Positions 53,204 to 63,379 of a stretch of DNA of 64,000 nucleotides are shown in pieces. Numbering within the stretch: the first letter of the stretch is position 1; every line of letters starts with the position of its first letter. A program made the translations under genes and the position numbers. The stretch is from Candidatus Latescibacterota bacterium. GTDB lineage: Bacteria; Latescibacterota; UBA2968; SICM01. The notes under the pieces are model-generated. The model saw only the letters and a list, made by a program, of their open reading frames with translations, was not told the origin of the DNA and made no database searches. Location: assembly GCA_965217865.1 (NCBI GenBank), contig CBDCJO010000002.1:2496001-2560000 (forward strand), written 5' to 3'.

Positions 53204-53887
53204 TCATTTCGTGGTAGACCAACCCCTCTCGTGAAAATAGACCCGGAGGCGTTCCGAAATGTCTTCAGGTAGAATCGGGATGGGGGGAAACCGCAATCGG
53301 GTTTCCCGTTCCTTTGCCGAGACATCCAAAGGATTCATCATTCCTAACCCCCCCGTGAGGCGGCCTTTTGAAACAAACCGGTTGTTGACCTGGCGAATGG
53401 AGGTGTTTGCCCGTTCGAGGACCTCAAGATACCTTGAGATAAAGACATTGACCCGGTCGTTGTATCGGGTTGCGATCAAGCGAAGGTTTTCCGCGTTGCG
53501 AATGGCTTGGCTCAGGTCCGGGTGAGGTCCATCCGAGGGTTCGGCAAAACAGGGGGGAAATGCCGGCAGATCAAATCGGCTTAATAGTGTTGCACGGTCC
53601 TGAAAACAGGTGACCAGGGGGATGGATAGACGGCGGATCTCCTCCTGGAATACCTGTAGGGCCTTCCCTTCCCTGTCGGTGAGAACTTGGGCGGCCTCTT
53701 CCAGGTCTTCCGCTTCCTTTCGTCCTTGAAGGTGGTCGGGGAGAATTCGATTATCCATGAGGAGCCTGTCCGCCACACGGTTTTCCGGATCGCTCGAAAA
53801 GTAATCCCCCAAGTCTACCGGCCGCCCCTTGCCCGGAAGGTTATCAAACTCCCCTCTTGCAGCCGCATCCCGCAGGGTTTCATCCAC
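53204..53887 (-). CDS. DUF1992 domain protein
   Basis: AAARGEFDNLPGKGRPVDL. Confidence 0.75.
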   Translation of the reverse strand: MDETLRDAAARGEFDNLPGKGRPVDLGDYFSSDPENRVADRLLMDNRILPDHLQGRKEAEDLEEAAQVLTDREGKALQVFQEEIRRLSIPLVTCFQDRATLLSRFDLPAFPPCFAEPSDGPHPDLSQAIRNAENLRLIATRYNDRVNVFISRYLEVLERANTSIRQVNNRFVSKGRLTGGLGMMNPLDVSAKERETRLRFPPIPILPEDISERLRVYFHERGWSTTK

Positions 53888-54014
53888 ACCGCGGGGTTCG
53901 GGATGCCCATCGGCTTTCCTGAACTTCCGCTTGTTTCCTCCGTGATCGATCTCCTTTCACTTCCCCTTTAAATTGCTTCCATCGGCCAGAACAAACCTTC
54001 CGATTCTGAGGCCT

Positions 54015-55439
54015 TCACGATCGGCTTCCCCGGCTACGCTTTGCACGCCGTTTCCCCCTCCCCTTTGCCTGAAGCTTTTCAGCCGACCCGGGTGACCCGA
54101 TGTGAAGGGTATCGTAAGCCTCTTGCGATGTGGTAAAGGGGCCCCGGTCCTTTCCGTGCCAATTCAAATTGGTATACATCGGGTTCGGTTTGCGGGTCTC
54201 TCGCTCCCTTTTCTGAACCCAGGCCTCCATTCGGCCCTTCAAATAGGTAACCGTATCGGGTTCTTTTTCAACAAGGTTTACAAGCTCCGCGGGATCCTCG
54301 ATGAGGTTGTAGAGTTCGGTCCGGGGTTTGAAATGAAAGTCTGGTTCCAGGGCTTCAATCAGTTTCCATTCGGGCGTCCGCCATCCGTGTTTTCGCATCC
54401 AGGTGCACTCAGTGATATAAAATTCGGGATAGTTTGAGATTCGCCGGCCCCGGATTAAGGGCAGCATGCTCTTTCCGTCAAACCGGTCCCTTCCACGGAG
54501 ACCCATCAGTCCGAGGAGGGTCGGTACCAGATCCATGTGAAGGGCGGTCCCCGGAACCCGTAGACCATCCGGGAGGTGGCCGGGCCACTTCATGATCAAA
54601 GGAACGTGCAGGGTGCATTCGTAGAGGCCGTGATGATCGAAATAGCAGTCGTGATCCATCAGGGTTTCTCCGTGATCGCCGTTCAGAACGATCAGGGTCT
54701 CCCCTGCCAGACCCAGTTCTTCAACCCGGGTCAACAGCCGCTGGATGCAGGCGTCCATGTATGCGATGGCTGCATCGTATTGAGCGACCACAAATTCTGC
54801 GTCCGTGATGCCCGGCGGCATCCAGGTTGCGAAATAGTCGCGGAATGGTTTGAAGGCCATGACCGGTTCCATCGAAGCATTCGATCGATCGCATTCGTCC
54901 CGGCTGTAAAACATCCGATCGAACGGGGAAGGGGGCAGGTAGGGAGAATGAGGTTCCATGTGCCGAAGAAAGAGAAAAAAAGGCTTGGGACCCGATGCCA
55001 GACGTTCCAGCTCCGGGATCGTGATCTCGTTCAGGTTCTCAGCTTTAGTCAGGGGCCGTTCGGGCCAGGCCCCCCAGCCTTTATAATCCAGATAGACATC
55101 GAAACCCCTCGAACCCGGATTTCCCGAGAAACCCACGCAGACCGTTTCATAACCCGCATCCCGGAGGATTTCAGGGAGCGTTCTCACATCCGGGGTGAGT
55201 TCTCCCTGGTGTCGAAGGGCAACGACCTGAGTGGAAAAACAGTCCATGCCGGTCAACATCGATGCGTATGCGGACGTCGTGGGAATGTGGGGACAGAAGT
55301 ACTGCTCGAAAAGGACACCCTGAGATGCCAACCGATCGATGTGAGGCGTCGTCAACCGCCCGTATCCGTAACAGCTCATATGGTCAGCCCACAGGCTGTC
55401 TACTCCGAACAAAATCAGGTTTGGCCTTTTCCGAGCCAC
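54015..55439 (-). CDS. Sulfatase-like hydrolase (alkaline phosphatase superfamily)
   Basis: PNLILFGVDSL, TPHIDRLA, EPHSPY, GDHGE, HVPLI, ELYNL..DP. Confidence 0.88.
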   Translation of the reverse strand: MARKRPNLILFGVDSLWADHMSCYGYGRLTTPHIDRLASQGVLFEQYFCPHIPTTSAYASMLTGMDCFSTQVVALRHQGELTPDVRTLPEILRDAGYETVCVGFSGNPGSRGFDVYLDYKGWGAWPERPLTKAENLNEITIPELERLASGPKPFFLFLRHMEPHSPYLPPSPFDRMFYSRDECDRSNASMEPVMAFKPFRDYFATWMPPGITDAEFVVAQYDAAIAYMDACIQRLLTRVEELGLAGETLIVLNGDHGETLMDHDCYFDHHGLYECTLHVPLIMKWPGHLPDGLRVPGTALHMDLVPTLLGLMGLRGRDRFDGKSMLPLIRGRRISNYPEFYITECTWMRKHGWRTPEWKLIEALEPDFHFKPRTELYNLIEDPAELVNLVEKEPDTVTYLKGRMEAWVQKRERETRKPNPMYTNLNWHGKDRGPFTTSQEAYDTLHIGSPGSAEKLQAKGRGKRRAKRSRGSRS

Positions 55440-55455
55440 GGACCGATCCCCCCTC

Positions 55456-55914
55456 TCATCCCCCGGACAGTTTTTTTCGATAGTTCATCAACTGGGCGTT
55501 GACATCTTCATCGAACAACGCGATGATCTGGGCGGCAAGGATGCCGGCGTTGCGCGCGTTATCGATTCCCACCGTGGCCACGGGGATCCCAGGAGGCATC
55601 TGTACGATCGCGTAAAGGGAATCGACTCCGTTCAACGCCCCGGACGCGACCGGAACACCGATGATCGGAAGATGCGTGTGGGCGGCCAATACCCCGGGGA
55701 GAGCTGCGGCCAGGCCCGCCCCGGCAATCAGGACCTTCAAGCCCCGAGATGAGGCTGTCTTCGCATATTCGGCCGTCCGATCGGGGTTGCGGTGGGCGGA
55801 GCAAACCTTCATCTCATACGGAATGTTCAGCTCTTCGAGGATGTCGGAGGCCTTGTTCATCTTCTCCTGGTCCGAAGCACTCCCCATCAGAATGCCGACA
55901 ACTGGGTTCCCCAT
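55456..55914 (-). CDS. purE: N5-CAIR mutase
   Basis: ILMGSASD, SAHRNP, AGAGLAAALPG, IVQMPPGIPVATV. Confidence 0.96.
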   Translation of the reverse strand: MGNPVVGILMGSASDQEKMNKASDILEELNIPYEMKVCSAHRNPDRTAEYAKTASSRGLKVLIAGAGLAAALPGVLAAHTHLPIIGVPVASGALNGVDSLYAIVQMPPGIPVATVGIDNARNAGILAAQIIALFDEDVNAQLMNYRKKLSGG

Positions 55915-55925
55915 TTTATGCCCTT

Positions 55926-57212
55926 TCATTTATTTCCCGAGAGCCGTTTAAGGGCTCGGCGGCCGATATCTCTTCTATAGTACATGCCTTCGAAGTGGAT
56001 GTATTGAATGGCCTCGTATGTCTTCGCGATGGCAGATGGGAGGTCCGAGGCACGAGCGGATAGACCCAGGACGCGGCCCCCGGCGGTGGAAATCTGGGAC
56101 CTGGATCGGGAAGTCGCGGCGTGAAAAACGAAGGTTTCTCCGATCTTCGAGACCTCATCCAGCCCGGAGATGACACGTCCCTTCGGATAGTCCCCTGGAT
56201 AGCCTTCTGAGGCGGCGACCACGCACGCCGCCCCCCGGCGTGGAGGGGATAGACGAATGTCCTTTACCCGGTTTTCCAGAACTGCCATAGAGATGTCCAG
56301 GAGGTCCTCCTCCAGAATCGGTAGGACCACCTGAGTCTCCGGATCGCCAAAACGGCAGTTGAATTCGATCACCTTTGGTCCGTCAACCGTCAGGATGATT
56401 CCCGCATAAAGGACCCCCTTGTAAAGGCGCCCATCCGCCTTCAGCGCTCGGAGGGTCGGAAGAATGATGCGCTTTTTAACGTCGGACATGACATCTTCAG
56501 TGACAATCGGGGTCGGGGCATAGGCACCCATTCCCCCTGTGTTCGGACCCTTGTCGCCGTCGAAAACCCGTTTGTGATCCTGAGCGGGGGCAAGAATGGC
56601 GACCTCCTCTCCGTCCGTGATCGCAAATATCGACGCTTCCTCGCCTTCCAGGTAGTCCATGATGACGAGGGTATTGCCGGCCGAACCGAAATCGCCCTGA
56701 TCCAGGATCCTGTGGACAGTCTGTTTCGCCTCGTTGATCGTGCAGCACACGATGGCCCCCTTGCCGGCTGCGAGGCCGTCGACTTTGACGACAATCGGAG
56801 GGTCCTTAAGGGCCAGATAGGCCTCCGCGCTCCTCGAGTCGGTGAAGGTCGCGTAGTCCGCTGTGGGAATGCCGTGACGATGCATCAAGTCCAGCGCGAA
56901 CATCTTGCTGGATTCGATCTCCGCCGCCCGTCTGGAGGGCCCGAAAATTTTCATCCCCGCCCCTTCGAACAGATCCACGATTCCAGCGGCAAGCGGGTCC
57001 TCCGGTCCGACGACGGTCAGATCGATTTCCAGTCGCTTGGAAAGGGCAAGAAGACCCTCCAGATCTGTCGTCGGGACAGGAAAACACTCCGCGAGTTCCG
57101 CCATTCCAGGGTTCCCGGGAGCCGCATACAAGCGCGTTAGCTTCTCACTCTGTTTCAGCTTCCAGCAGAGGGCGTGTTCTCGGCCCCCCGAACCGATGAC
57201 CAGAACGCGCAC
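55926..57212 (-). CDS. purD: Phosphoribosylamine--glycine ligase
   Basis: GSGGREHAL, GLAAGKG, QDHKR..GPNTGGMGAY, EFNCRFGDPE. Confidence 0.97.
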   Translation of the reverse strand: MRVLVIGSGGREHALCWKLKQSEKLTRLYAAPGNPGMAELAECFPVPTTDLEGLLALSKRLEIDLTVVGPEDPLAAGIVDLFEGAGMKIFGPSRRAAEIESSKMFALDLMHRHGIPTADYATFTDSRSAEAYLALKDPPIVVKVDGLAAGKGAIVCCTINEAKQTVHRILDQGDFGSAGNTLVIMDYLEGEEASIFAITDGEEVAILAPAQDHKRVFDGDKGPNTGGMGAYAPTPIVTEDVMSDVKKRIILPTLRALKADGRLYKGVLYAGIILTVDGPKVIEFNCRFGDPETQVVLPILEEDLLDISMAVLENRVKDIRLSPPRRGAACVVAASEGYPGDYPKGRVISGLDEVSKIGETFVFHAATSRSRSQISTAGGRVLGLSARASDLPSAIAKTYEAIQYIHFEGMYYRRDIGRRALKRLSGNK

Positions 57213-57268
57213 GGGAGCCTCCCAGTTTGACCGTTAAAAAAGCAATCAGCTTCTCGGGGTGATTTCGA

Positions 57269-58318
57269 TTAGAAATACTTCGTAACCGTATCCATCTCCT
57301 GATCGCGGCTTCCCATCAGTCGTTCGATCGCCTGCTCTGCGCCCAGGCCTTCGTGGACGAGTCCTGTCACCGCCAGGGAGACGGCCAGCGGATCGTCGTT
57401 GCCGGGATGGTGGACATTCCGGCCGACCAGCGCGCCTCGTATTGAGTGGCCGACCCTCATCCCCTGGGCAAAATCCTGGATAACCGGCGATGGGTCCCCC
57501 GAGCATGCTCCTCCGAGCATGAGCACGGGGAGGGTGGTGGCCTTCGCTACATACTCAAACCGATCACAATAAGGGATCTTGAGCCAGGTGCCCGCAGAGG
57601 ACTCTCCCAGGGCGGAGGCCACACCCATCAGCTTGACCAGTTCTTCCGCTTCCTTTTGAACCTCATAGCCATCCGAAGTCCTTTGTGTCGGAAGAGGTTC
57701 GAGGAAAATCGGGAGTCCCGCCCGGTGGCAATCCGTCACCGCATTGGCCGCGGCCGTCAGCGTATGCAGGGAGCCACGGTCTGACAGATCCACTCTGAGA
57801 AGGACCTTTCCGGCGTCCATGCGATAGCGCACCATACCCGCCACGGTATGACCCGTGAATGTGTCGTCCATCTCGAACGATGATCCTACTATCCCCCCTC
57901 CATTCATGGAACCGACCAGAAGGCGATCGTCCAGGAGTGGAGGTGCGCCAACCCGCTTGAACAGATGGCTGAGAATCAAGAGTTCGTCCAAGATATCGGG
58001 GGAGGCAAGGACGCCATCGCAATCCGGGTTGAGGAGGACACGCAGGGTTCGTCCCAGGAATGAACGGCGGTCCCCCATAATCAGAGGATCCCCGCCAGAT
58101 GCGGTAACACGATGTGCCGGGTGGTCCGCCGCGAGGATCATCAGTTTGCCAGAGTCTCCCGTGAATCGAGGTCGGCGGCGGCGCGCGGAGGCCTCCTGAA
58201 GGATGATCTCTGGATGTTTCACCCGAACGTTGGTGATCGCTTGAAACAGAGAATCCGGGAAGAAGGATCCCAGATCGAATTTGTAACTGCCGATGTTGTA
58301 GCTCACACGAACCTCCAT
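57269..58318 (-). CDS. Cgl0159-like class I aldolase (TIM barrel)
   Basis: ILAADHPA, GSMN..G..FEMDD, FLEPL, WLKIP, LVGRNV. Confidence 0.7.
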   Translation of the reverse strand: MEVRVSYNIGSYKFDLGSFFPDSLFQAITNVRVKHPEIILQEASARRRRPRFTGDSGKLMILAADHPAHRVTASGGDPLIMGDRRSFLGRTLRVLLNPDCDGVLASPDILDELLILSHLFKRVGAPPLLDDRLLVGSMNGGGIVGSSFEMDDTFTGHTVAGMVRYRMDAGKVLLRVDLSDRGSLHTLTAAANAVTDCHRAGLPIFLEPLPTQRTSDGYEVQKEAEELVKLMGVASALGESSAGTWLKIPYCDRFEYVAKATTLPVLMLGGACSGDPSPVIQDFAQGMRVGHSIRGALVGRNVHHPGNDDPLAVSLAVTGLVHEGLGAEQAIERLMGSRDQEMDTVTKYF

Positions 58319-58366
58319 AGGACAATCGATCCCAAAAACAACCCGGTTGTTTTTGACGCGGAAAAC

Positions 58367-59422
58367 TTATGGTTTCGCTCGTATTAGTCCCGATGCATCA
58401 TCCGTGACGCATCCAATTGGACTTGCGGCCGGCGTCCCTGCGGCGCGTAAAGCTTCGAGCAGCCCCTCCGTACGGTCTTCCGCTACGGACAACAGCAGGC
58501 CCCCTGAGGTCTGAGCATCGCAGAGCAAAAGTCGATCGTTCTCCGTCAGGGACGGGTCGAAGGACACATCGGGGCTGATCTGTTCCAGATTGTTATAGGT
58601 GCCTCCCGGTGCCATGTCCTGGGTCATCAGTTCGTGTACCCCGGGCAGAATCGGTACATCTCCCAGGCTGACCGTGACCCCCACCCCGCTCCCTGCGGCC
58701 ATCCCTCGCAAATGCCCAAGCAGTCCATACCCGGTGATATCCGTGCAGGCGTTTACCCCAACCTCAAGGGCCGCAGTGCACGCCGCCTGATTGAGGGTTG
58801 CCATGACCTCAATCGCCCGATCGATCATCTCCTTGGAAGCCGCTCCTCGCTTGATCGCCGTGCTGATGATCCCCGTCCCGATAGGTTTGGTCAGGACGAG
58901 GCGGTCCCCCGGCTTCGAACCCGCATTTGTGAGAATACGATCCGGATCTATCTTCCCCACAACGAACATGCCGTACTTGGGCTCCGGATCGTCTATGGTG
59001 TGGCCTCCGGAGACAAAGATACCCGCCTCCAAAGCCTTATCCGATCCACCGTGCAGAATATCGCCCAGGACATCGAGCGAGAGATCCGGCGATGCCTTCG
59101 GAAAGCCCACCACATTCAGAGCCGTTATGGGCTGCCCCCCCATCGCATACACATCGCTCAGGGCATTTGCAGCCGCAATCTGACCGAATGTGTAGGGATC
59201 GTCCACGACGGGTGTGAAATAGTCCACCGTCAGCACGATCGCCTCACGGTCATTAATCCTGTAAACAGATGCATCGTCCGCAGTCTCAGTTCCGACGAGG
59301 AGATTGGGGTCGTTGATTTTTGGGAGATGGCGCAGCACGTGCGACCTGAGGTCTTGAAGACCGATCTTGCACGCTCAACCGGCGCCGTGACTAAACGCGG
59401 TAAGCCGAACACCTGAAGGCAT
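58367..59422 (-). CDS. selD: Selenide, water dikinase; selenoprotein form (Sec16)
   Basis: MPSGVRLTAFSHGAG-TGA-ACKIG with in-frame UGA at 59375-59377; TVDYFTP, ANALSDVYAMGG, DITGYGLLGH, DAQTSGGLL. Confidence 0.95.
59337..59374 (-). promoter_or_regulatory. SECIS-like hairpin immediately 3' of the UGA
   Basis: GCGTGC..GATC-GGTCT-TCA-AGACC..GGTC-GCACGT. Confidence 0.6.
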
Positions 59423-59809
59423 TGAACCCCCTAAAGAGACCTGAACCCCGGAAGGCACGCGACGGGTCCGAATGGAGATAGAGATCCTTGGAAACGGGAT
59501 CTAGGGGTGGTCGGAATACCAATATAATGGGAATTATATACTTGACAAAGGCTATTTGCTTTATCCCAAAATGTTGAGTTTTTTGCGAAAGTTTCGCAGA
59601 ATGCCCCGTCCTTTGGCCGGAGATCGTCCGATTCGAGCGATTTCTTTACCTGATTTTTGATGTCCTGTTTCTATATTTGTCGGCATGGGGACTGCCAACA
59701 GATTGTTTGAGTAGACAGAGCCTTCATCACTATCATGACTTTATCAAGTATATAATCACCAATATAATAGAAACTCCAAAATTCGCCAAGCTTCTCATTT
59801 CTGAAGGGG

Positions 59810-59838
59810 TTGACAAAGAAGAAGGAAGGCATTATCAT
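59810..59838 (+). promoter_or_regulatory. Sigma70-like promoter
   Basis: TTGACA-N17-TATCAT upstream of the dehydrogenase. Confidence 0.65.
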
Positions 59839-59892
59839 CACACTCTGTTGGTAGGGAGGTATCAAAAGACCTTACGAAAGGAGAACCTGTAG

Positions 59893-60876
59893 ATGGCCCG
59901 CAAAGTGCTCGTTACAGACTATGCCTGGCCCGACCTGGAGATCGAGAAAAAGATCCTGGGGGAGATCGGATACGAGGTCGTAGCGTCCCCTGACGGAGAG
60001 GAAGGAACCCTTGCGGACCTTGCCCGAGATGTGGAAGGTATAATGACGTGTTGGGCGCGGACAACCCGGAAGGTGATCGAAGCCGCCCCCGAACTCCGTG
60101 TGATCTCCCGCTACGGCATCGGACTTGACAACATCGACGTGGCCTTCGCAACCGAGCGGGGAGTACCCGTCACGCGCGTGCCCGCATACTGCCTGGAAGA
60201 CGTTGCGGAACACACGTTGGCCCTCCTGTTGACCCTCTCCAGAAAGACCGCGCTTTTCGATCGGCGCATCCGGTCTACCGTTTGGGACATCCAGGAAGGT
60301 GCTCCCCTGAACCGGTTGTCCGGCCGTGTGCTGGGTCTGGTCGGGTTCGGTAAGATCGCCCGCTACGTTGTCCCCAGGGCGGCGGCATTCGGCCTTGAGG
60401 TAATCGCCCACTCACCCTCTTTGACCCCGGAAGCCGCAGGAAGCGGGGGTGCGCGCGCCGTCGACCTGGAGATCCTGCTGTCTACTTCCGACTTTGTCTC
60501 CCTTCACTGTCCCTCAAACGATCAGACCCGTGGCCTGATCAACGCGGACCGGATCAGCCTGATGAAGCCGACCGCGTTTCTGATCAACACCTCGCGAGGA
60601 GACATCGTCGATGAAGATGCCCTTTACCAGGCCCTTCAGTCCGAACGGATCGCGGGAGCCGCCCTGGACGTTCGAGGGCAGGAACCCCCGGAGAAAGAAG
60701 ACCCTCTGATCGACCTGGAAAATGTCATCCATACGCCTCACGCGGCTTTCTACTCCACCGAATCGCTGGAGGAACTTCAAACCAAGACGACTTGGGAGTG
60801 TCGCCGTCTGTTGACCGGGCTGGAGCCGGAAAATCTGGTGAACCCAGAGTATCGGTCCCGAAGAAACGGAACCTGA
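59893..60876 (+). CDS. D-isomer-specific 2-hydroxyacid dehydrogenase (CtBP/SerA-like)
   Basis: GIGLDNID, GLVGFGKIA, SLHCP, INTSRG, TPHAAFYS. Confidence 0.9.
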   Translation: MARKVLVTDYAWPDLEIEKKILGEIGYEVVASPDGEEGTLADLARDVEGIMTCWARTTRKVIEAAPELRVISRYGIGLDNIDVAFATERGVPVTRVPAYCLEDVAEHTLALLLTLSRKTALFDRRIRSTVWDIQEGAPLNRLSGRVLGLVGFGKIARYVVPRAAAFGLEVIAHSPSLTPEAAGSGGARAVDLEILLSTSDFVSLHCPSNDQTRGLINADRISLMKPTAFLINTSRGDIVDEDALYQALQSERIAGAALDVRGQEPPEKEDPLIDLENVIHTPHAAFYSTESLEELQTKTTWECRRLLTGLEPENLVNPEYRSRRNGT

Positions 60877-60969
60877 AATCAAAACCCGGGAGTGGAATCG
60901 AGGGCAAAAAAAACGCCCCTGATCATATCAGATGGCGTGTGTAAAACCGGACCTTGTGAAAAATTGGGA

Positions 60970-61462
60970 TTATTGGCCTCCCTCTTCCGGAACCAAGGTG
61001 GGCAAGAGGGCTGAGGACCCCGAGGCCTCCTCGGCCTCTTCGACCGCCTCACCGGCGCCCGCGATCCGTTTATCGTTCATCTCCTTCATCACCTGAACTA
61101 CGAGTACCCGCACCTTCACACTCCGGTCGTTCAATGCCTCCTTCAGGTGGCGGTTGCTATATTTCGGATCGATGTTTCCGAGGGTTTTAACCGCCTCCAT
61201 CCGGATATCCTCGTTTTTATCTTTAAGTGCAATGGCCAACACCCGCGCGCTCCACATCTGATTCTCCGGGGTGTCCACCATACCCCCCAGCAACCGTACG
61301 GCATCCTTACGGACCACTGGATTTCGGTTCTTGAAGGGCTTTTTTAAGGACCTCTTCTGTGCTCGTCGATTCCTCCCCACCACCGACAAACGGGAGAAAT
61401 CCACAACCCGTGAAAACCGGGGAGAAGATTATCATGACGGACAACAGGACAAATTTCTTCAA
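60970..61462 (-). CDS. HEAT-repeat lipoprotein with one frameshift (~61321)
   Basis: TTG start gives MKKFVLLSVMIIFSPVFTG-C..KKALQEP; removing one A joins it to NPVVRKDAVRLLG..ALKD..IRMEAVKTLG. Confidence 0.65.
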
Positions 61463-61477
61463 GGGATAACCTTTTTT

Positions 61478-62080
61478 TTATTTCAAGGGATCATCCGAAC
61501 CAACCGGATTCGCGTTTTCAACGTCGACGGGATCTGAATTCTCATCCCTGTCGGAACGCCAAAACCGAGAAAATTCTTCCACATAGGAAAGAGTTGACAT
61601 ATCCTTCATACGATCGAGGAATACGATTCCGTCGAGGTGGTCCACCTCGTGTTGAATGACTCGTGCGAAATAATCGTGAGCGACGAAATCAACCGCTTCT
61701 CCCTGTCGGCCTAACGCCTCGACTGAAATCGCACGCCACCGGGAAACCCGACCTCTCAGGTCCGGGAGACTTAAACATCCTTCCCAGTCCTCGGCGATTT
61801 CATCCCCGATGGGGGCCACCCTGGGGTTGATCAGGACTGTCGGTGGATCAAGGGTTCCCTCCCCTTCCTCCGATTCATCCTGGCTTTCGATCACGACGAT
61901 CCGATGGGGGTTATGTGTCTGCGGAGCCGCAAGACCCACCCCGTGATATTCTCGCATCGTCTCGACCATGTCATCGATCAAACCCTGAACATCACGTTCT
62001 TGAAGATCGAAACTGGAAAGAGGTTCTGCCCGTTCTCTCAGGATCGGATGACCCAGACGGGCAACCTTCAGGATCGACAC
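61478..62080 (-). CDS. def: Peptide deformylase
   Basis: GVGLAAPQ, EGCLS, QHEVDHLDG. Confidence 0.96.
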   Translation of the reverse strand: MSILKVARLGHPILRERAEPLSSFDLQERDVQGLIDDMVETMREYHGVGLAAPQTHNPHRIVVIESQDESEEGEGTLDPPTVLINPRVAPIGDEIAEDWEGCLSLPDLRGRVSRWRAISVEALGRQGEAVDFVAHDYFARVIQHEVDHLDGIVFLDRMKDMSTLSYVEEFSRFWRSDRDENSDPVDVENANPVGSDDPLK

Positions 62081-62219
62081 GATATTGACGCCTCCTTCAC
62101 AAAACCCAAAGATTTATATAGCAAAATATAGACCAAATAATTTGGGCCGTCAAGAAAGTTTTGATCGCCTCCGTTTGCAAGCGTAAACCGGATTTTGATT
62201 CAATTTGGAGGAAATACCG

Positions 62220-62993
62220 ATGCCGGAGAGAGTCGCCCTCATCACAGGTGCAAGTCGGGGGATTGGGAGGGGAATTGCGGTCGAAGTCGCACGCGTGGGT
62301 TATGATGTCTTGGTGAACTACCGTACCAACCGGGAGGCCGCGGAGCAGACGAAGGCCTGCGTGGAAAAGGAGGGGAGGCGTGCAGCGATCTTTCAGGCGG
62401 ACGTCGCGGACCTTCAAGCCGCGGAACGTTTGGTCCGCTACACCGTCGAAACGTTCGGACGGATCGATCTGCTCGTCAACAACGCCGGAATCGCACCCAA
62501 AGTACGTGCCGATATCCTGGAAGCCAACCCTGAGAGTTTTGACGAGGTTTTGTCCACCAACCTCCGGGGACCATATTTTCTGACCCAGGCGGTGTCAAAT
62601 CGGATGATCGAGATGATCCGGGAGGGCATCCTAACCGCCCCAAAAATCGTGACCATCTCGTCGATTTCTGCCTACACCGCATCCACCTCTCGCGGGGAGT
62701 ATTGCGTATCAAAAGCAGGCGTGGGCATGTTGACCAAGTTGTTTTCCGACCGTCTGGCGGAATATGGAATCACGGTGAACGAAATACAACCTGGGCTCAT
62801 ACAAACCGACATGACCGGAGCGGTCCGCGACAAATACGACACCTTGATCTCGGAAGGTCTCACTCCTATCCGCCGATGGGGAATGCCTGAGGACGTCGGC
62901 CGCGCAGTGGCCGCAATTGCCTCCGGTTACTTCGACTTCACGACCGGGGCGGCGATTCCCGTGGACGGCGGCTTCCATTTAAGGAGATTGTAG
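62220..62993 (+). CDS. SDR-family oxidoreductase (3-ketoacyl-ACP reductase-like)
   Basis: [31 protein letters not shown]. Confidence 0.92.
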   Translation: MPERVALITGASRGIGRGIAVEVARVGYDVLVNYRTNREAAEQTKACVEKEGRRAAIFQADVADLQAAERLVRYTVETFGRIDLLVNNAGIAPKVRADILEANPESFDEVLSTNLRGPYFLTQAVSNRMIEMIREGILTAPKIVTISSISAYTASTSRGEYCVSKAGVGMLTKLFSDRLAEYGITVNEIQPGLIQTDMTGAVRDKYDTLISEGLTPIRRWGMPEDVGRAVAAIASGYFDFTTGAAIPVDGGFHLRRL

Positions 62994-62994
62994 T

Positions 62995-63350
62995 TTGCGG
63001 ATTTTGGCGGTCGACGACTACGTCCCCCTCATGACCCTATTTCGGAGCCGTCCTGGACGACTGTCCTGAGCACGAGGTCGATACGGCGATCGACGGCCAA
63101 GAGGCCTTGAAAAAATGTGCCTCGGGTCCATACGACCTCATTATCCTGAACCTCAGGATTCGGAACGCAGACGGTTTGGGTTGCCTCTCCGCAATTCGAA
63201 AGCTCTTACCCCTGCAAGAAGGTCCTGGTCCTGACGGATGACGATCGGGCAGCGGCCTCCCTCCAAGGTCTCGGCATCCGTCCAGATTCTGTGATGGTTG
63301 GCCCTCTGGATCGGTCCCCCCTGGCGAAGCGCATCGGAGCTGCCTTAAAA
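62995..63350 (+). pseudogene. Response-regulator receiver domain, frameshifted
   Basis: MRILAVDD.. / HEVDTAIDGQEALKK..YDLIILNL..DG spread across different frames. Confidence 0.6.
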
Positions 63351-63379
63351 TCCAGGAGATGAAGGGTCTCAACCATTCA

